Part shown: in pieces, positions 22,358-35,500 of the stretch
Layout: every line of letters begins with the position of its first letter
Numbering within the stretch: the first letter of the stretch is position 1
Source: an uncultured Planctomycetota bacterium
GTDB taxonomy: Bacteria; Planctomycetota; Planctomycetia; Isosphaerales; Isosphaeraceae
NCBI GenBank assembly: GCA_963823665.1
Contig: CAWGMQ010000004.1
Span: 2,912,001-2,976,000, forward strand
Direction: 5' to 3'
Length of the DNA stretch: 64,000 bases
Notes under the pieces: model-generated
Told to the model about the DNA's origin: nothing
The model's database searches: none
Seen by the model: only the letters and a program-made list of their open reading frames with translations
Made by a program: the position numbers and the translations under genes

Positions 22358-22483
22358 GGCTTCACCACCCCCGATGAATAAGTTTAGTTTGGTTGACGCA
22401 CAAGCCGGGCGCGCACCCACCCGGGTATGAGACAGGTAGCAGCATACGCAGTGATCCGGTCACTTTCGAACGCCACTACATTC

Positions 22484-22512
22484 ACACTAACATGCCCGAC
22501 ATCGCTTGGCGA
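22484..22512 (-). promoter_or_regulatory. Candidate promoter, copy 1
   Basis: TCGCCA-N17-TAGTGT; identical hexamers upstream of the paralog. Confidence 0.55.
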
Positions 22513-22560
22513 TAGGCCAGTTCTAAAAATTGCGGATTGAGCGCAAACGAGCCGCTCGAC

Positions 22561-23685
22561 TCAATACTGATCGGAGCTGAGCACCTCGCCGGCATTGATC
22601 GACCCGAGCTGAATCCACGTGAGGGGGTTGATACTGTTCTTCATGAAATGGACTGAACCATCTCCGAAGAGCGTGTTCACACCCTGGGGGTGCCGGCTGC
22701 GCGAACCAGCGAACTCTGACCCCTCGTGACCGTTGTTATTGCAGCCGAGCTGCTGGCCAGGTTGGCTGTCGCAGAGCGACGTGATCGGGCTCGCAGGACT
22801 GGTGCCCGCAAAAGGCGCCCCGCAGCTAATGCACGCGAGGTTGTCGTAGTTAGTGAAGGGCAGCACGCCGATCGATGTCGACCAGGGTGGAAGTATGCCG
22901 ACGTAGTCCTGGTAGCCGTTAGGGGTAAACCGCGTCTCGTAGGTGCTCGCCCCGGAGTTGTCGACCCACATCACGCCGCGGATGTCGTCCGGTGCGCCCT
23001 GCAACACCTCGGAGATGAATTGCGTATTGCTGAGGCCGTCCGTAACCGTAGCAACCCTGCAGTTGAACGGGCCGTTGCCACTGCGAGCGTAACCGAATGG
23101 CGACTGGAGGAAAAGCTGGGGAAAGTTAATAAAATTCCCACCAAAGACGCCCTGGCCGTCATCTGCGTTTCCCCAGTTCGCAGCGTAGTTCCCCTTGGAA
23201 GCTTGAACTGGTAGCTGGAAGATGGTTTGCAAGCTGTAGGTCTGCTGGTTATCGCTCGGGCATTGCATCGATGCGATCTTCGTCGCGTAGATCGTGGAAT
23301 TGATGATGAACCCGCTGGGTAACGGCCCGAGGTTCGGCCCCTCCATGCCGATCGTCGCGTTGAACGCGTTGTAGAGTGTCGATTGCTCAATGTAGGGCAA
23401 CATCAACGGGAACCAAGGAGTGTTCTGGCAACCGTTACCGAAGCCTTGGCTTGTGCAGGGCGGGGTCTGCGTGTTGAAAATGACGCCGCTCGGAAAAACG
23501 TTGTTGGTGGATTCGTAGTTGGCGACGGCCAAACCAAGTTGCTTGAGATTGTTCATGCACTGCGCACGCCGCGCGGCTTCCCGCGCAGCTTGCACCGCAG
23601 GCAACAACAACGCGATCAAAACCGCGATGATGGCAATCACGACGAGAAGCTCAATCAGCGTAAAACCACGACGCCGTTGTGACAT
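22561..23685 (-). CDS. DUF1559 prepilin-type protein (tandem paralog)
   Basis: Same motifs as 21230..22357 and strongly similar along its length. Confidence 0.95.
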   Translation of the reverse strand: MSQRRRGFTLIELLVVIAIIAVLIALLLPAVQAAREAARRAQCMNNLKQLGLAVANYESTNNVFPSGVIFNTQTPPCTSQGFGNGCQNTPWFPLMLPYIEQSTLYNAFNATIGMEGPNLGPLPSGFIINSTIYATKIASMQCPSDNQQTYSLQTIFQLPVQASKGNYAANWGNADDGQGVFGGNFINFPQLFLQSPFGYARSGNGPFNCRVATVTDGLSNTQFISEVLQGAPDDIRGVMWVDNSGASTYETRFTPNGYQDYVGILPPWSTSIGVLPFTNYDNLACISCGAPFAGTSPASPITSLCDSQPGQQLGCNNNGHEGSEFAGSRSRHPQGVNTLFGDGSVHFMKNSINPLTWIQLGSINAGEVLSSDQY

Positions 23686-23810
23686 GGCTTCACCACCCCC
23701 GATGAGAAAGTGTAGTTAGGTTAACACACGGACCGGGCGCCCACGCACCCGGGTATGAGGCAGGTCGCAGCGAACGAGGTGATCCCGTTACCTTGAGCGC
23801 CACTGCGGGC

Positions 23811-23839
23811 ACACTATCGTGCCCGCGAGCGCTTGGCGA
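23811..23839 (-). promoter_or_regulatory. Candidate promoter, copy 2
   Basis: TCGCCA-N17-TAGTGT. Confidence 0.55.
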
Positions 23840-23888
23840 TAGGCTACTTCTAAAAACATGCGTTTTGAGCGCAATCTAAACCGAAGTT

Positions 23889-26830
23889 TCACGAAAGGCA
23901 GTCGGCCAGGACCTGCATCGGTGCTCTGGCCACTAGCCCGGCGAGGCCGTGAAGTTGCGAACGGCACGAGAATCCTGGCGCAACGAGGGTCGCCGTCGGG
24001 TCGGCTTGCGCTGCAGGAATCAACACCCGGTTCGCCAGCGCAACGCTCACCTCGAAATGCCCGTGCTCGTAGCCGAATGAGCCGGCCATCCCGCAGCAGC
24101 CCGAGTCGATTTCATTGATCTCGATGCCGCTCAACCGACGCAACGCAGCCAGCGTTCCCGCCGTGCCGAGCACGGCCTTCTGCTGACAATGTCCGTGCAA
24201 GAGCACGCGGCCGGGGCGGGAATTGAGCGGCAGCTCGGGAACCCGCTCGGTGTCGCCGACGAAGGCGTCAGCCATGATAGAGGCTCTGGCAACCTCTTCG
24301 GCATCGGTCCCCAGCCGGAAATCGCGGTACTCGTCGACGAGGGTCACCAGGCAACTTGGCTCGCAGCCCAGGATTGGCGTGCCGCTGCGCGCGAAGGGGA
24401 GCAGTTTTTCGACGTTCGCGCGAGCGAGCTCATGGGCCAGCGGCAAGAGACCCTTGGAGATCGCCGGGCGCCCGCAGCACTGGAGTCCGGCCAGGCGGAT
24501 CCGATAGCCGGCGGCCTCGAGGACACGAACGGTGGCGATTCCGACTTCGGGCTCGTTGTACGTGGTGAAACAGTCGTCAAGCAAAACGACTTCGCCTCGC
24601 GTTCCGGCGCCCTCCGCGGGGACGTGCCGGCGAAACCAGCGGCGGAAGTTGTCGCGCGCGAACGTGGGAAGACTTCGCCGGCGATCGATGCCGGCGGTTT
24701 TCTCGAGCAGCCATTTGAACGCCGGATTGCGCAGCATGCGGTTGGCCAGAGGCGCAGTCGCGGACGCGATGGGGTTCAGACGAAAAATGTGGCCCAGCAG
24801 CAGATGACCGAGCGGATGGAGCCGGCCGATGTAACGCTGATGGAGCACCTCGACCTTGAGCTTGGCCATATCGACCTTTGACGGGCATTCGCTCTTGCAG
24901 GCTTTGCACTGGAGGCAAAGGTCGAGCGCTTCGTGAAGGTCGTCGTTGTCGAATCCCTCGTCGCGAGAAGGCAGCTCGCCGGTCATCACGAGCCGAATCA
25001 GGTTAGCTCGCCCGCGTGTGGTGTGCATCTCGTCGTGCGTGACCATGTAGCTCGGGCACATCGTGCCGCCGGAATTCTTGCGGCAGGCGCCGACGCCCGA
25101 GCACATCTCGACCGCGCCGGCAAACCCGCCCTGCGCTCCGAAGTCAAGCAATGTCTCCCGAGGCTCGCGCGGGTGGTAATCCGGCCCGATGCGGAGGCTC
25201 TCGCCCGGATCGGCATCGCCCACGACTTTGCCGGGATTGAGCAAGTCTTGCGGGTCAAATCCGCGCTTGATGGCCTGGAATGCCGCATAAACCTCGGGCC
25301 CGAAAAGCTTGCGATTCCAGAGGCTCCGGGCCAGCCCGTCGCCGTGCTCGCCGCTCATGGCGCCGCCATACTCGACCACCAGGTCGGACACTTCGCGCGC
25401 GATTGCCCGCAGAGTTTCGACGCCACCTGCGGTCTTCACGTTGATGATGGGGCGGATGTGCAAACAGCCGACATCGGCGTGACCGTAGCACGCAGCCGGC
25501 ACGCCGTGTTTTTCGACGATCGCGCGGAACCGCGCATAGAACTGCGGGAGCACACGCGGATCGACGGCCGTGTCTTCGACGAAGGCGACTGGCTTGGCGT
25601 CACCGACCATGCCCATCAAGAGCGAGAATCCGGCCTTGCGCACCTTCCAGAAATCATCCTTGGCGGCGTCGGCCAGTCGGGTGCTCACTCGCGAGCACGC
25701 CCGGTTGCTTCTCGAACTTCGCCACCAGTAGGGCGGTGCGCTCGAGCAGCTCTTCCTGTGAGGCGGCGTAGAACTGCGCGGCGAGCACGGCGGCGGGCCG
25801 GCCCTCGGCGAAGTTCAAATACCCGGCGTATAGCGGGTTTTCCGCCGCCAGGTCGAGAATCATCCGGTCGAGCATCTCGACGGCGACCGGCCCGGTCTCG
25901 ACGATTTCGGCCAGGCGGTCGAGCGCTGCGGGTATGGTTGCGAAGGAGAGCACGACCAGACCCTGGGCCGCCGGAAGCTTCACCAGCTTGAGCACGGCCG
26001 CATTGGCCACCGCCAGCGTTCCCTCCGAGCCGACGATCAACCTGGAGAGGTTGAATTGCCATGGCTCGTCGTCGAAGCCCATCGGCCGGACCGGCAAGCC
26101 CGGAACGAACTCGTCGAGGTTGTAGCCGCTGACCCGGCGGAGAATTCTGGGGAATCGATCGCGGATCGCCTGCGAGTGCTGCGGCCACGGTGTCGCGTAC
26201 CAGGCGATGCATCGCACCGATCGAATCGCCGCGGGAGCAGACGCTCTCGAGGTCTTCCGGGTTCAGAGGGCCCAGGTTGGCAGTCGAGCCGTCGGCCAGA
26301 ACGACCTCGAGTGCGTGCACATGATCGACCGTCTTCCCATAGCGCAGCGAGCGCGCGCCGGCAGAATTGTTGCCGATCATCCCGCCGATCGTCGCCCGGT
26401 CGCTCGTCGAGACATCCGGGGCGAACATCAGCCCGAGCGGCTTCAAATGCGCATTGAGCTGGTCGAGGACGACGCCAGGCTCGACCCGCACCGTCATGGC
26501 GTCGCGGTCAACAATTCCAATCCGGTTCAAGTACTTGGAGAAGTCAATAATGATACCCGGGCCGATGGTTTGCCCCGAAAGGCTGGTGGCGGCGCCTCGC
26601 GGAACGATCGACACGCGCTCGTCCGAGGCGATCGAGACGGTGGTGACAACGTCCTCTGCCGTTCTGGGCACGACCACGCCGAGCGGCTCGATCTCATAGA
26701 GACTGGCGTCGGTCGCATACAAGCCGCGCATCCCGGCGTCGAAGTAGACCTCGGCGCGTGATTCGCGGGTGAGACGATCGGCCAGTGTGCGGAGAACAGC
26801 GGAAGGAGCGTTGTTTGTCGTTAGGGGCAT
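23889..26830 (-). CDS. FAD-linked oxidase with 4Fe-4S and CCG domains (YdiJ/GlcDF-like); frameshifts ~26180 and ~25688
   Basis: YATDASLY, PRGAATSLSGQ, GSEGTL, SGEHGDG, CSGVGAC, CLQCKACKSEC, CCGMAGSFG. Confidence 0.9.
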
Positions 26831-26902
26831 GAAGGTCGATGCTGGTTGGAATGAGTTAATGAGTCATGGAGTGTTCGGCGAGACCGAGCTGCCCCGTCGC
26901 GC

Positions 26903-27502
26903 TCATTCAGGATCGTCCTCGAAGAGGGCGGCCAGTGGAAGCCGAAAGCCCGGAATCAGATCGCCGCCGTCGAGCTCGTCACCGAGCTGAAGCCCGCGGA
27001 TGTCAGTCGTCGATGCGTAAACATGGATGCCGTTTTGTTTGGGATAAATGATCCAGACCCGGATCACACCGGCCTCGAGATACTCGTGTAATTTCCTCTG
27101 CACTTCGGAAGCCGAGATTGTCGGACTGACCACTTCGACCGCCAGATCCGGAACCAGATCCCACACGTTAACATTCGGAGGCCGCCGGTTGGCCGGCCAC
27201 TTCGCGTGAGAAACAAAAGCGACGTCCGGCAGTCGCTGAAGATCTTTGGGTTGATCGATACGGAATAACGTATACCCGAGGACTATGCCCAAGCGATGCG
27301 AGCGCACAAACGGGCCGAGAAATCCGATCAGCAGCGACGCAGTCGCGCTTTCTTGAACGCGAACGGGCTTCTCCTTGATTTCGCCATCGACGACCTCGTA
27401 GAGCGTGTCCTCGGGAAGCAGTGCGATCGGCGGGGGGATCGGCGCGGTCCTCGGATCGGCGCCCGCTGCTTCGCCTGGCTGGGTCGGTGTTCCGATGCTC
27501 AT
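26903..27502 (-). CDS. Uma2 family endonuclease
   Basis: YEVVDG, PDVAFV, PDLAVEVVSP, KLHEYLEAGV, IPGF. Confidence 0.9.
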   Translation of the reverse strand: MSIGTPTQPGEAAGADPRTAPIPPPIALLPEDTLYEVVDGEIKEKPVRVQESATASLLIGFLGPFVRSHRLGIVLGYTLFRIDQPKDLQRLPDVAFVSHAKWPANRRPPNVNVWDLVPDLAVEVVSPTISASEVQRKLHEYLEAGVIRVWIIYPKQNGIHVYASTTDIRGLQLGDELDGGDLIPGFRLPLAALFEDDPE

Positions 27503-27733
27503 CTCTACTTTCCTCGCACTCAATCTGGCAGTGTCGCTTATGCGACTGATTGTACCAAAAGGGCACGGTCGCCGAACCTGCGGGTTTGCTGGGCAGCTTC
27601 GAGCGGACGTCAAAATCCGCGCGCGGCATCAATATTCGGTCTGGACCAACGAATAAACGATATGGTGGCCGCCCGGCCCGGGTGTAATTGACATCGAGTT
27701 GTAACCGTCGCAGCGAGCTGAGGAGCGGATCGC

Positions 27734-28105
27734 ATGGCTTTGCATTATCAAACCGAATGCCGGATGGGAACGCGTCGCATCAGTCGCTCCTATAGCGGAT
27801 ATCAGGCATTTGTCGCAATACTCTTCGACCTGGTCTTCGGCCTCTTCTTCGAGTTCGTCGCAACGTTCGTGAGCTTGACATTCCGGCTACTCATCTTCTC
27901 GGCCCGTCTGGTGATTCAGGTCTTGAAGAGTTCGTGGAGAGTGGCTGTGGCTGCGATGGCGGTCCTGGTCTTCACCCTGACGCTCCCGTTCGTACTCGTC
28001 CATCGCGCGATAGCCCGGCTCGCACCCGCAAGCCGCTTCTGGCCGCGCGAGGGGTTTGCTCAATCAGCCCAGAAGCCCGACTGGGCCTTCAGCCGCGAGG
28101 TTTGA
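27734..28105 (+). CDS. Small membrane protein, hypothetical
   Basis: GAGGAG RBS and hydrophobic segments. Confidence 0.6.
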   Translation: MALHYQTECRMGTRRISRSYSGYQAFVAILFDLVFGLFFEFVATFVSLTFRLLIFSARLVIQVLKSSWRVAVAAMAVLVFTLTLPFVLVHRAIARLAPASRFWPREGFAQSAQKPDWAFSREV

Positions 28106-28163
28106 ACCCAGGTCGTTTTCACGCTGTTCTCTTTCTCGGACGAGACAGTCTCTTTCCGATGTT

Positions 28164-29165
28164 CTAGCGCGTGAGCGGCCTGCGCGGAATCGGCCACCAA
28201 ATGGCATCGAATGCGGCGCGGGCTTCATCGTCGAAGACGAGTGTCGCGGCGTCCAACGTCGCCTCGAGCTGTTCCACCCGGCTGGCCCCGACGATCGCCG
28301 ACGTCAATCCAGGCTGGCCCAGAACCCACGCCACGCTCGCTGTCGCCAGGTTCCAGCCCCGGCGCCCGCAGTACGATTTCAGCGTCTCGACCGCCTCGAA
28401 CTGGACGGCGTGCCAGTAGCGGTCACGGTAAAGGTCGCCCGTTGCCCCAAGAGTAAAGCGACCTCCGGGCTCCGGGCCTGTACCAGCCTGGTGCTTGCCC
28501 GTGAGCAGACCGCCGGCAAGAGGGTTAAAGACGATCACACCCACTCCCTGGTCGCGGCATAGCGGCAGAAGCTCGTTTTCGATCTCGCGGTACAAAACGT
28601 TATAGCGCGGCTGCACGCAGTCGTAGCGCGCCCAGCCGTGGCGCTCGCTCGTTGCTAACGCGAGCGCAAGCTGCCAGGCCGGATAATTCGAACAGCCTAC
28701 ATAGCGAACCTTTCCCGAGCGGACGAGATCATCGAACGCGCGAAGGGTTTCGTCGATCGGGGTCTCGGGATCGGGAAGGTGTGCCTGGTAGAGATCGATC
28801 GTGTCGGTTTGAAGGCGGCGAAGGCTGGCCTCGCAAGCGGTGAGAATGTGGCGTCGCGAAAGCCCCTGGTCGTTCGGACCATGACCGACCCGAATCCGGC
28901 ACTTCGTCGCCAGAACAATCTGGTGGCGCCGCCCCGCTGCCCCGGCCAGCCAATGCCCGATCACCTCCTCCGTGCGTCCGGCGGTTTCGGGCTCAGGCGG
29001 AATCGGATACGCGTCGGCCGTGTCGATGAACGTAACCCCCCCCTCGAACGCACGATCGAGAATCCGCATCGAAGCCGGCTCGTCGCTTTGCCCGCCGAAC
29101 GTCATCGTTCCCAGACAAATCTCGGAGACCTTTAGCCCCGTGCGCCCCATCCGGCGTTGTTTCAC
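28164..29165 (-). CDS. Aldo/keto reductase
   Basis: CLGTMTFG, DTADAY, LATK, SLRRLQTDTIDLYQAH, GKVRYVGCSN. Confidence 0.94.
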   Translation of the reverse strand: MKQRRMGRTGLKVSEICLGTMTFGGQSDEPASMRILDRAFEGGVTFIDTADAYPIPPEPETAGRTEEVIGHWLAGAAGRRHQIVLATKCRIRVGHGPNDQGLSRRHILTACEASLRRLQTDTIDLYQAHLPDPETPIDETLRAFDDLVRSGKVRYVGCSNYPAWQLALALATSERHGWARYDCVQPRYNVLYREIENELLPLCRDQGVGVIVFNPLAGGLLTGKHQAGTGPEPGGRFTLGATGDLYRDRYWHAVQFEAVETLKSYCGRRGWNLATASVAWVLGQPGLTSAIVGASRVEQLEATLDAATLVFDDEARAAFDAIWWPIPRRPLTR

Positions 29166-29370
29166 GTTCGACCTCCCGCACAAGACGATTCATCCGCGCA
29201 ACCGATACGTCCGGCTCGACTGCAATTCCGTACGACCACCAAAGAACCTCGCAGTTTTACCAGATTATCAAAGCGCGTGTTAGACTTCAGCATCGACGAA
29301 TCCCAGTCCGCCCCGACCGCGGCGCACCGGGAATTCACACCACAGGCTTGCGAGTTGAGGTTCGTCACTG

Positions 29371-30094
29371 ATGGCCATGTCTCCGACCAAGCCCGATTCA
29401 GCGGGCAGCCCATTTACGAGCGCGTGCAGACCCCCTCAACTGGCACGCCGCGCTGCGCGCCGAGCTCGATTCGGCCGTGGTTCAAGGCAACGGCCGCTGG
29501 TCGAGAGCGCTCATGGCCGTGGCCTGGATTCACCTGTTCACATTCCTGGGATGCCAGGTCCTTCACGACCCGGGCGTTGAGCGTGACGTGAGGCACCTGG
29601 TCCTGTGGGTCGTCGAGCTCGCGGCCGTGATCGTGACGATGCGGAGAGTTGCAGGGCTCGGTTGGTTCTGGTCGTCGCCCGCGATCAATGTCATCGCCCG
29701 ATTGTGGGTTACATTCTTGATCCTCTCGTTCAACGTCGCGACCTTGAATGCGCTCACCGGCTGGGAGTCGCTCTGGTTCAAGGCAAGCTGGGGATCCTTG
29801 AGCACATTTCTTTTCGCCGCGCTGGCCTGGCTGTTCACCCCCAAGTTTCTGATCCCGGCGGCGCAGATGTACTTCACGGCGCTATTGATGGCTCGATTCC
29901 CCGAATGGAACAACCTCATCTATGGCGTGTCATGGTGGGCGGCCCTGATGGGCACCGCTTGGGTTGTGCGCCAGAGTGAGCGCGCGATAGGCATGACCCG
30001 CGGCGCACACCCAGAGGATGAAGCGCTCGCTGAGCCGTTGCCGTCTCCATCGCGAACGCTAAACCATCAGCCTGTCGGAGCCGCCGCCGAGTAG
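29371..30094 (+). CDS. Multi-pass membrane protein, hypothetical (probable frameshift near the 5' end)
   Basis: Several hydrophobic helices in ORF 29477..30094; no in-frame start upstream. Confidence 0.6.
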
Positions 30095-32096
30095 CTCGCG
30101 CGGCCGTTGGGAACGGACTTGCCGAAGAGGCTCTGTCCCCCGCGCGAGGCGTTGGCCAGGGATGGCGGTTCCCACGCCGGCAGCTCACACAGTCCGCCGC
30201 CCAGGAAGATGTGGTGCCAGAGCTGGGTGGCGACGACGCAAGTCAGGCTGAGGTCCATGATGATCCGCCTGGGCGTGATCCGCGGGAAATGCATCTGCGC
30301 TGCACGCTCGCGGGCCACGGCCTCCGGATCGAACCAACCGGTCGATCGCAACGATTCCTTGCTGAGAAGCTCATCGACCCAGGCTGGGCGATCCGGACCC
30401 AAAAACGCCTCGGACCGGCTGGCCTGAAACATCGTCTTGGGCCGGTTCGCAATCTTCGAAGGCAGGGTGCGGGCCGCCACTTGGCGCAGCAGCCATTTGT
30501 CCTTCAGCCCACGCAGCTTGTATTCCGGCGCGACGGACGAGCAGAAGCTAATCAAATCTTCGTCCAGGAGCGGATATCGCGTCTCGACCGACGAGTTCAT
30601 CGCGATGCGGTCGCCCTTGCCCAGAAGGAGCAGGCCCGGCAGCATGACCTTGTATCCGACGTAAAGCGACTGGTTCAGCGGGTGCCAGGCGCGAAGCGGT
30701 CGCTTGGCAGGTCCAGGTCGTCATAGGCCGCGTGGCCCTCGAGCAAGTGCCACATCCTCGGTGAATAAACGACTGCACGCGCCTGACCCATGAAATCGTA
30801 GACGTCCTGCTGGGCAGTCCGCGCTCCCTTGATGCCGAGCAAGTCTGCTCGATGCGCTCTTCCGCCGCCGATCGAGGCCAGCGTGAGGCTGCGTGCTCCT
30901 TTGAGCAGGCTCATGACCGGCCCGACACTCAGCATGTTGCGGATCTTTTCGGTCTTGAACCAGGCGTATCCGGCCAGGGCCTCATCCGCCCCCTCTCCGG
31001 TAAGGACGACCTTGTATCCATTGGAATGCACTGCGCGAGCGAGCCTCATCAGACATGCCGCCGACGAATCCATGACAGGGCCTTCGGCAGCACGGATCAG
31101 CTCGGGATACGCCGCCACGATGTCGTGACGGTTCATGGTGACGGTCACCAGCTTCGACCCGAGGGCAGCGGCCGATTCCGCTGCATGCGACCGTTCGTCA
31201 GGGCCTGCACGGTCGAGCCCGATGGTAAATGACGGCACCGCGTACCCGCGCTCCCGCGAGCTCAAGCCCAGTACAACGGTCGAGTCAAGACCGCCGCTGA
31301 TGTAGCTGACCACCGGCACATCCCCACGGAGGCGCCGCTCGACGGAAAGGCGCAAGAGCGATTCCAGCTCGTCGACCAGCGGCGTCGGGTCATCCATTCG
31401 CCGCTCGTCGCCCGCATCGGGAAAATCAAGGTCCCAGTATTTCTTCAGCGCGATCCTGCCATCGCGCACGCGCACGTAATGGCCGGGCGGAATCGACGTG
31501 ATCCCTTCGAAAAACGTTCGCGAGGTTCCTGCGGTGAACGTGTTGAAGAACAGGTCGATTCCCTTGGGATCGGCCTTGGCATCAATCATCCCGGAAGCCA
31601 GGAGCGCTTTGATCTCCGAACCCCAGAGCAGCCAGCCATCGGCTTGCGCGTAGTACAGCGGGCAGATCCCCACCCGGTCTCGGCCCAGAATCAACTGGCG
31701 CTCTTTGCGGTCCCAGATGGCGACCGCATACTGGCCGCGTGTCTTCTCGAAAACCCCCTCGCCGTGATCTTCGTAGAGGTGTGCCCAGAGCTCGGTGTCG
31801 CAACGGGTGGCAAGGCGGTGCCCTCGCTCCAGCAGCGCTTTCTGTAACTCCGGATATTCAAAGACCTCGCCATTCTGCGTGACCCAGACCGAACCATCCT
31901 CGTTGCTGATCGGCTGCCGTCCGCCCGCCAGATCGACGATGGAAAGCCGTCGCACGCCGAGTGCAACCCCCGGCTCGATGTGAATCTGTTCGTCGTCCGG
32001 TCCTCGGTGCGCGATCGCGGATGTCATGGCCAGCAACCGCGACGCGGGGAATTCGCGCCTACCTCGTAAATCGATTGCACCGGCAATTCCGCACAT
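30067..32096 (-). CDS. asnB: Asparagine synthase (glutamine-hydrolysing); frameshift ~30690
   Basis: MCGIAG, HRGPD, RRLSIVD, NGEV, SGGLDS, LTGEGADE, NSSVETRYPLLD. Confidence 0.93.
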
Positions 32097-32370
32097 AAGG
32101 CTGATCTCTCCACCGGGCCAGAGTCACGCGGCGTCCACCGCAACCGGCGGAGCCCCTCGACCTGAATGCGCCGGTCAACTATACCACGGCCGGCCAGCCA
32201 ACCACGAGCGCCGATTGGGCCAGACCCGCGGGGCATTCGACGTATGGCAAGGTAGGGATGGACTTTGTGTGCAGCGACAGGGCCGGCTGCGTGCGGGGTG
32301 AAAATGAGATGATTATCCTACGGGTAGTGGCAGGGTTACTTTGACTCGGCTTGTTCGGGGCAGAAACGGC

Positions 32371-32400
32371 TCTGAACAGAAGGGAACGAAGGTAACAAAG
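32371..32400 (+). repeat. 30-bp dispersed repeat, copy 1
   Basis: TCTGAACAGAAGGGAACGAAGGTAACAAAG; 28/30 identical to 37074-37103. Confidence 0.8.
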
Positions 32401-32554
32401 AAGAGTGAGGTGCCCCACGGGACTTTGGAGCTGACGAGTCAATGCGTGGGAGAGGAATGCGGAATGAGGATGAGTTTCGAGGGTGAGCGGAATTTGGGTC
32501 GGATTTCCCGATCAGTCGACGGATATGACGCGAAGCGCCGTGTGACGTTCGACA

Positions 32555-35500
32555 CTACACCCGAACGCGCGCAATCATGCGCGCGAGCCGCGCCAGCTCG
32601 CGTCTGGGCCCCGGGTCGTTGGGCAGCAGGCGGGCCGCTTGCTCACACGCGTCCCTCGCCTCCGTCAGCCGGTCGCCATCGGTAAGGGCGTAGCTCAGGT
32701 TGAAAAAAGTCGGGCCATAATTCGGCCGGTACCGCAGCGACTGGCGATACACCACGACCGCTTCCTCGTGGCGGCAGTTCCTCATGAGGACCACGCCCAG
32801 ACTGTGGTACGCCGTGGCGTCGATGGGGTCACGTGCTAACAACGCCCGAAGCGCCTGTTCGCCTTCCTCGTCCGTTCCGTGATGGAAGAAGAAATCGCCG
32901 CTCTCTCGTACCGTCCCAAGGTCGCCGGGATATTCCGCAAGAGCAGTTTCCAGCGCGCGCGCGCCTCGGCCAACTGCTGCTTGGCCCGCTCCACACGACT
33001 CTTCAGCAAATGCCCCTCAACGCGAACGTGTGGGTCCGTCAGCAGCTCGTCCGCCAATTGGCCCGCATCCACCAGCCGTTGCTGCTGAATCAGATTCTCG
33101 CCCAGCTCGCGCCAGGCCAAGCGATAACGCGGCACCTCGCGAACGACCGCACGCCACTGACGCTCGGCCCCAGGCAGATCACCCAACGCCTTCAGGAGCA
33201 CGGCGAGATTCCGGCGGGCCAGGTAGCCCTTCATGCCCAAATTGAGGCTCGAAAACTGGAATTCGCCGCTTGCCCCGTCTTCGAGCAGAGCCACGTATGC
33301 GTCGCGGGCCTCGGCGAGTCGGCCCAGGTCTTGCAATGCACCCGCTTCGCGGAACCGAAGCTCCACGTCGTGCGGCTGAAACTTCAGGCCCTGCCGGCAG
33401 GCCGCGAGAGCTTCCTCACGCCGCCCTTGCTGCATCTCGGCCAACGCCAACAACGCAAAAGCCTTCTTCACGTGGGAATGATGAGGCGGGGAGACCGCGA
33501 GGCTGCGGCGGAGGTAGTCAGCCGCATCCGCGGGACGGTTCAGGTGAAGCTGCGTCATCCCCAGGTTGAACAACGTAAAAGGATGTTCAGGCCGCTCGGC
33601 CAGCTCAAGCGACAGCAGCCGCATATCGCGCTCGAGCTTCCTCGCCTGCCCGGCGGGGCTTCGATCGGACCCGGAATGAACGACGTGCAGCTTGGTCGCG
33701 GCGATGCCGCCGTTGATCCTGTTGATCGCGGTCAGAATCTGCTCGTGCATCCGCCCGTCAAACCGCAATTCCGGCAGGTTGCGAAACAGCTTGACATGAT
33801 CAACCGCTTCCAAGCCGATCCCAGCCTGCTCGTCCTCCAGGGAACCCAGGCAATGCACCTGCATGACATACGCGACGATGCTCGGATCATTCTGATGCTC
33901 GACTAAATGCCGCAGCCCGTGGCCGCATTCAGCCGGGATGGTGTCGTCCGAATCCATCCAGAACAGCCAATCACCGGTCGCATGGCGCAGCGACTCATTG
34001 CGCGCGGCCGAGAAATCATCGCACCACGGAAAGTGGTAAAGCTTGGCGCCGAAGGATTCCACAATTCGCGGCGTCTCGTCGACCGAGCCGGTGTCGACAA
34101 CGATCATCTCATCAACCCACGGCCGGATGCTCTCGAGGCAGGGACCAATCGTCCGGGCGTTGTCTCGCACGATCATGCAGAGCGAAATGCGCGGCCGCGC
34201 CAAATCCAGCCGCAACCGCAGGCCGCCCTCGGGCGCGATGTCCACTGCGAACGGCCCCGGCCCGGCCCGAGCCGGCGCGATTTCAACCCTCGCCCGGCTT
34301 GCCGGGAGAGGGTGGCCGAAGGCCGGGTGAGGGTCCGGGCCATAGCCGTTGTGTCCATTGCCGTTGCCCGACCACTTAGCAATGAATCGTGCGTGGTTCT
34401 CGCGCATGAGCGACCCGGCGTCGACGCCGCTGCCCAAGAATGTGCGACTTCCAAAGTGATGTACGAAAGCGTCGCCGGCGATCACCGCCCGATACCCCGC
34501 CGCAATCGCCCGCAAACAGTAATCATCATCCTCAAAGCACCCGATTCCAAACTGCTCATCCAGCAACCCGATCGCGTCGATCAATTCACGCGTGATCAAC
34601 AAGCAGAACCCCACCAGGCGGCTCACATCGACAATCGCCCCGTTCTGAGCCTTGCCGAAATCCCACGCAAACCCATCCATCTCGGCAATGTTGTCGTACC
34701 CGACTTCAATCTGCTGCGGCCCGCTCACGAAGTTCGATCGCGGTCCGACCAACCCGATGTCGGCGTCGCCGCCCCGAAGTGCGCGGAGCATGCGGCCGAG
34801 CCAGCCTGTTGTCACCACCAGATCGTTGTTGAGCAGCAGCACCTGCTTGCCGGCCGCAACGCTCATCCCCTGATTGGCCGCCGCTGGGAAGCCGCGGTTC
34901 GACTGATTCTCGATCAACCGCACGTCGGTCATCGCCCGCAGGTATTCGACACTCCCATCGGTCGAGCCGTTGTCGACAACGATGATCTCGTACGGCTCAT
35001 CGGTCACGAGCCGGATGCTATCCAGGCATTGCCGTGTAAACCCAATCTCGTTGTAAGTGACGATCACGATTGAGGTCAGCCCAAAATCCGGCGCCGGCAA
35101 TGGTCGTGCGCGCACCAAGAACTGATACGTGTAAAACTCATCAGTGTCGCTCTGAGAGAGTCCGCTGATGGAAAGGCCGCCGAGCTGGACGGAACCGCCG
35201 GCGCCGTTTCGCTGCGCGGGGTCGTCACCCGGGCTATTCACCGACCACATTCCTTCGACGGAAAACCCAGCGCGGTGAAAAAGCTTCTCGATCTCGCGGC
35301 GAGTGAAGAATCGGAGATGGGTCCGATCGAGCAGCCCGGCCGATTCATACGTCCAGTTGCCTTGCAGCAGTGACTGAACCACACTGTGATGCCGCACGTT
35401 GGGAATGCTCGCGACCAGGCACCCGTCAGGCGCGAGCCACTCGCGTATCTGCTTCAGCACCCGCGCCGGCTCGCGCAGGTGCTCGAGGACATCGGCGCAG

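Noticed and set aside
30067..32096. Lasso peptide cyclase
   Set aside because: It has an intact MCGI glutaminase domain, and no precursor, B protein or RRE gene is adjacent
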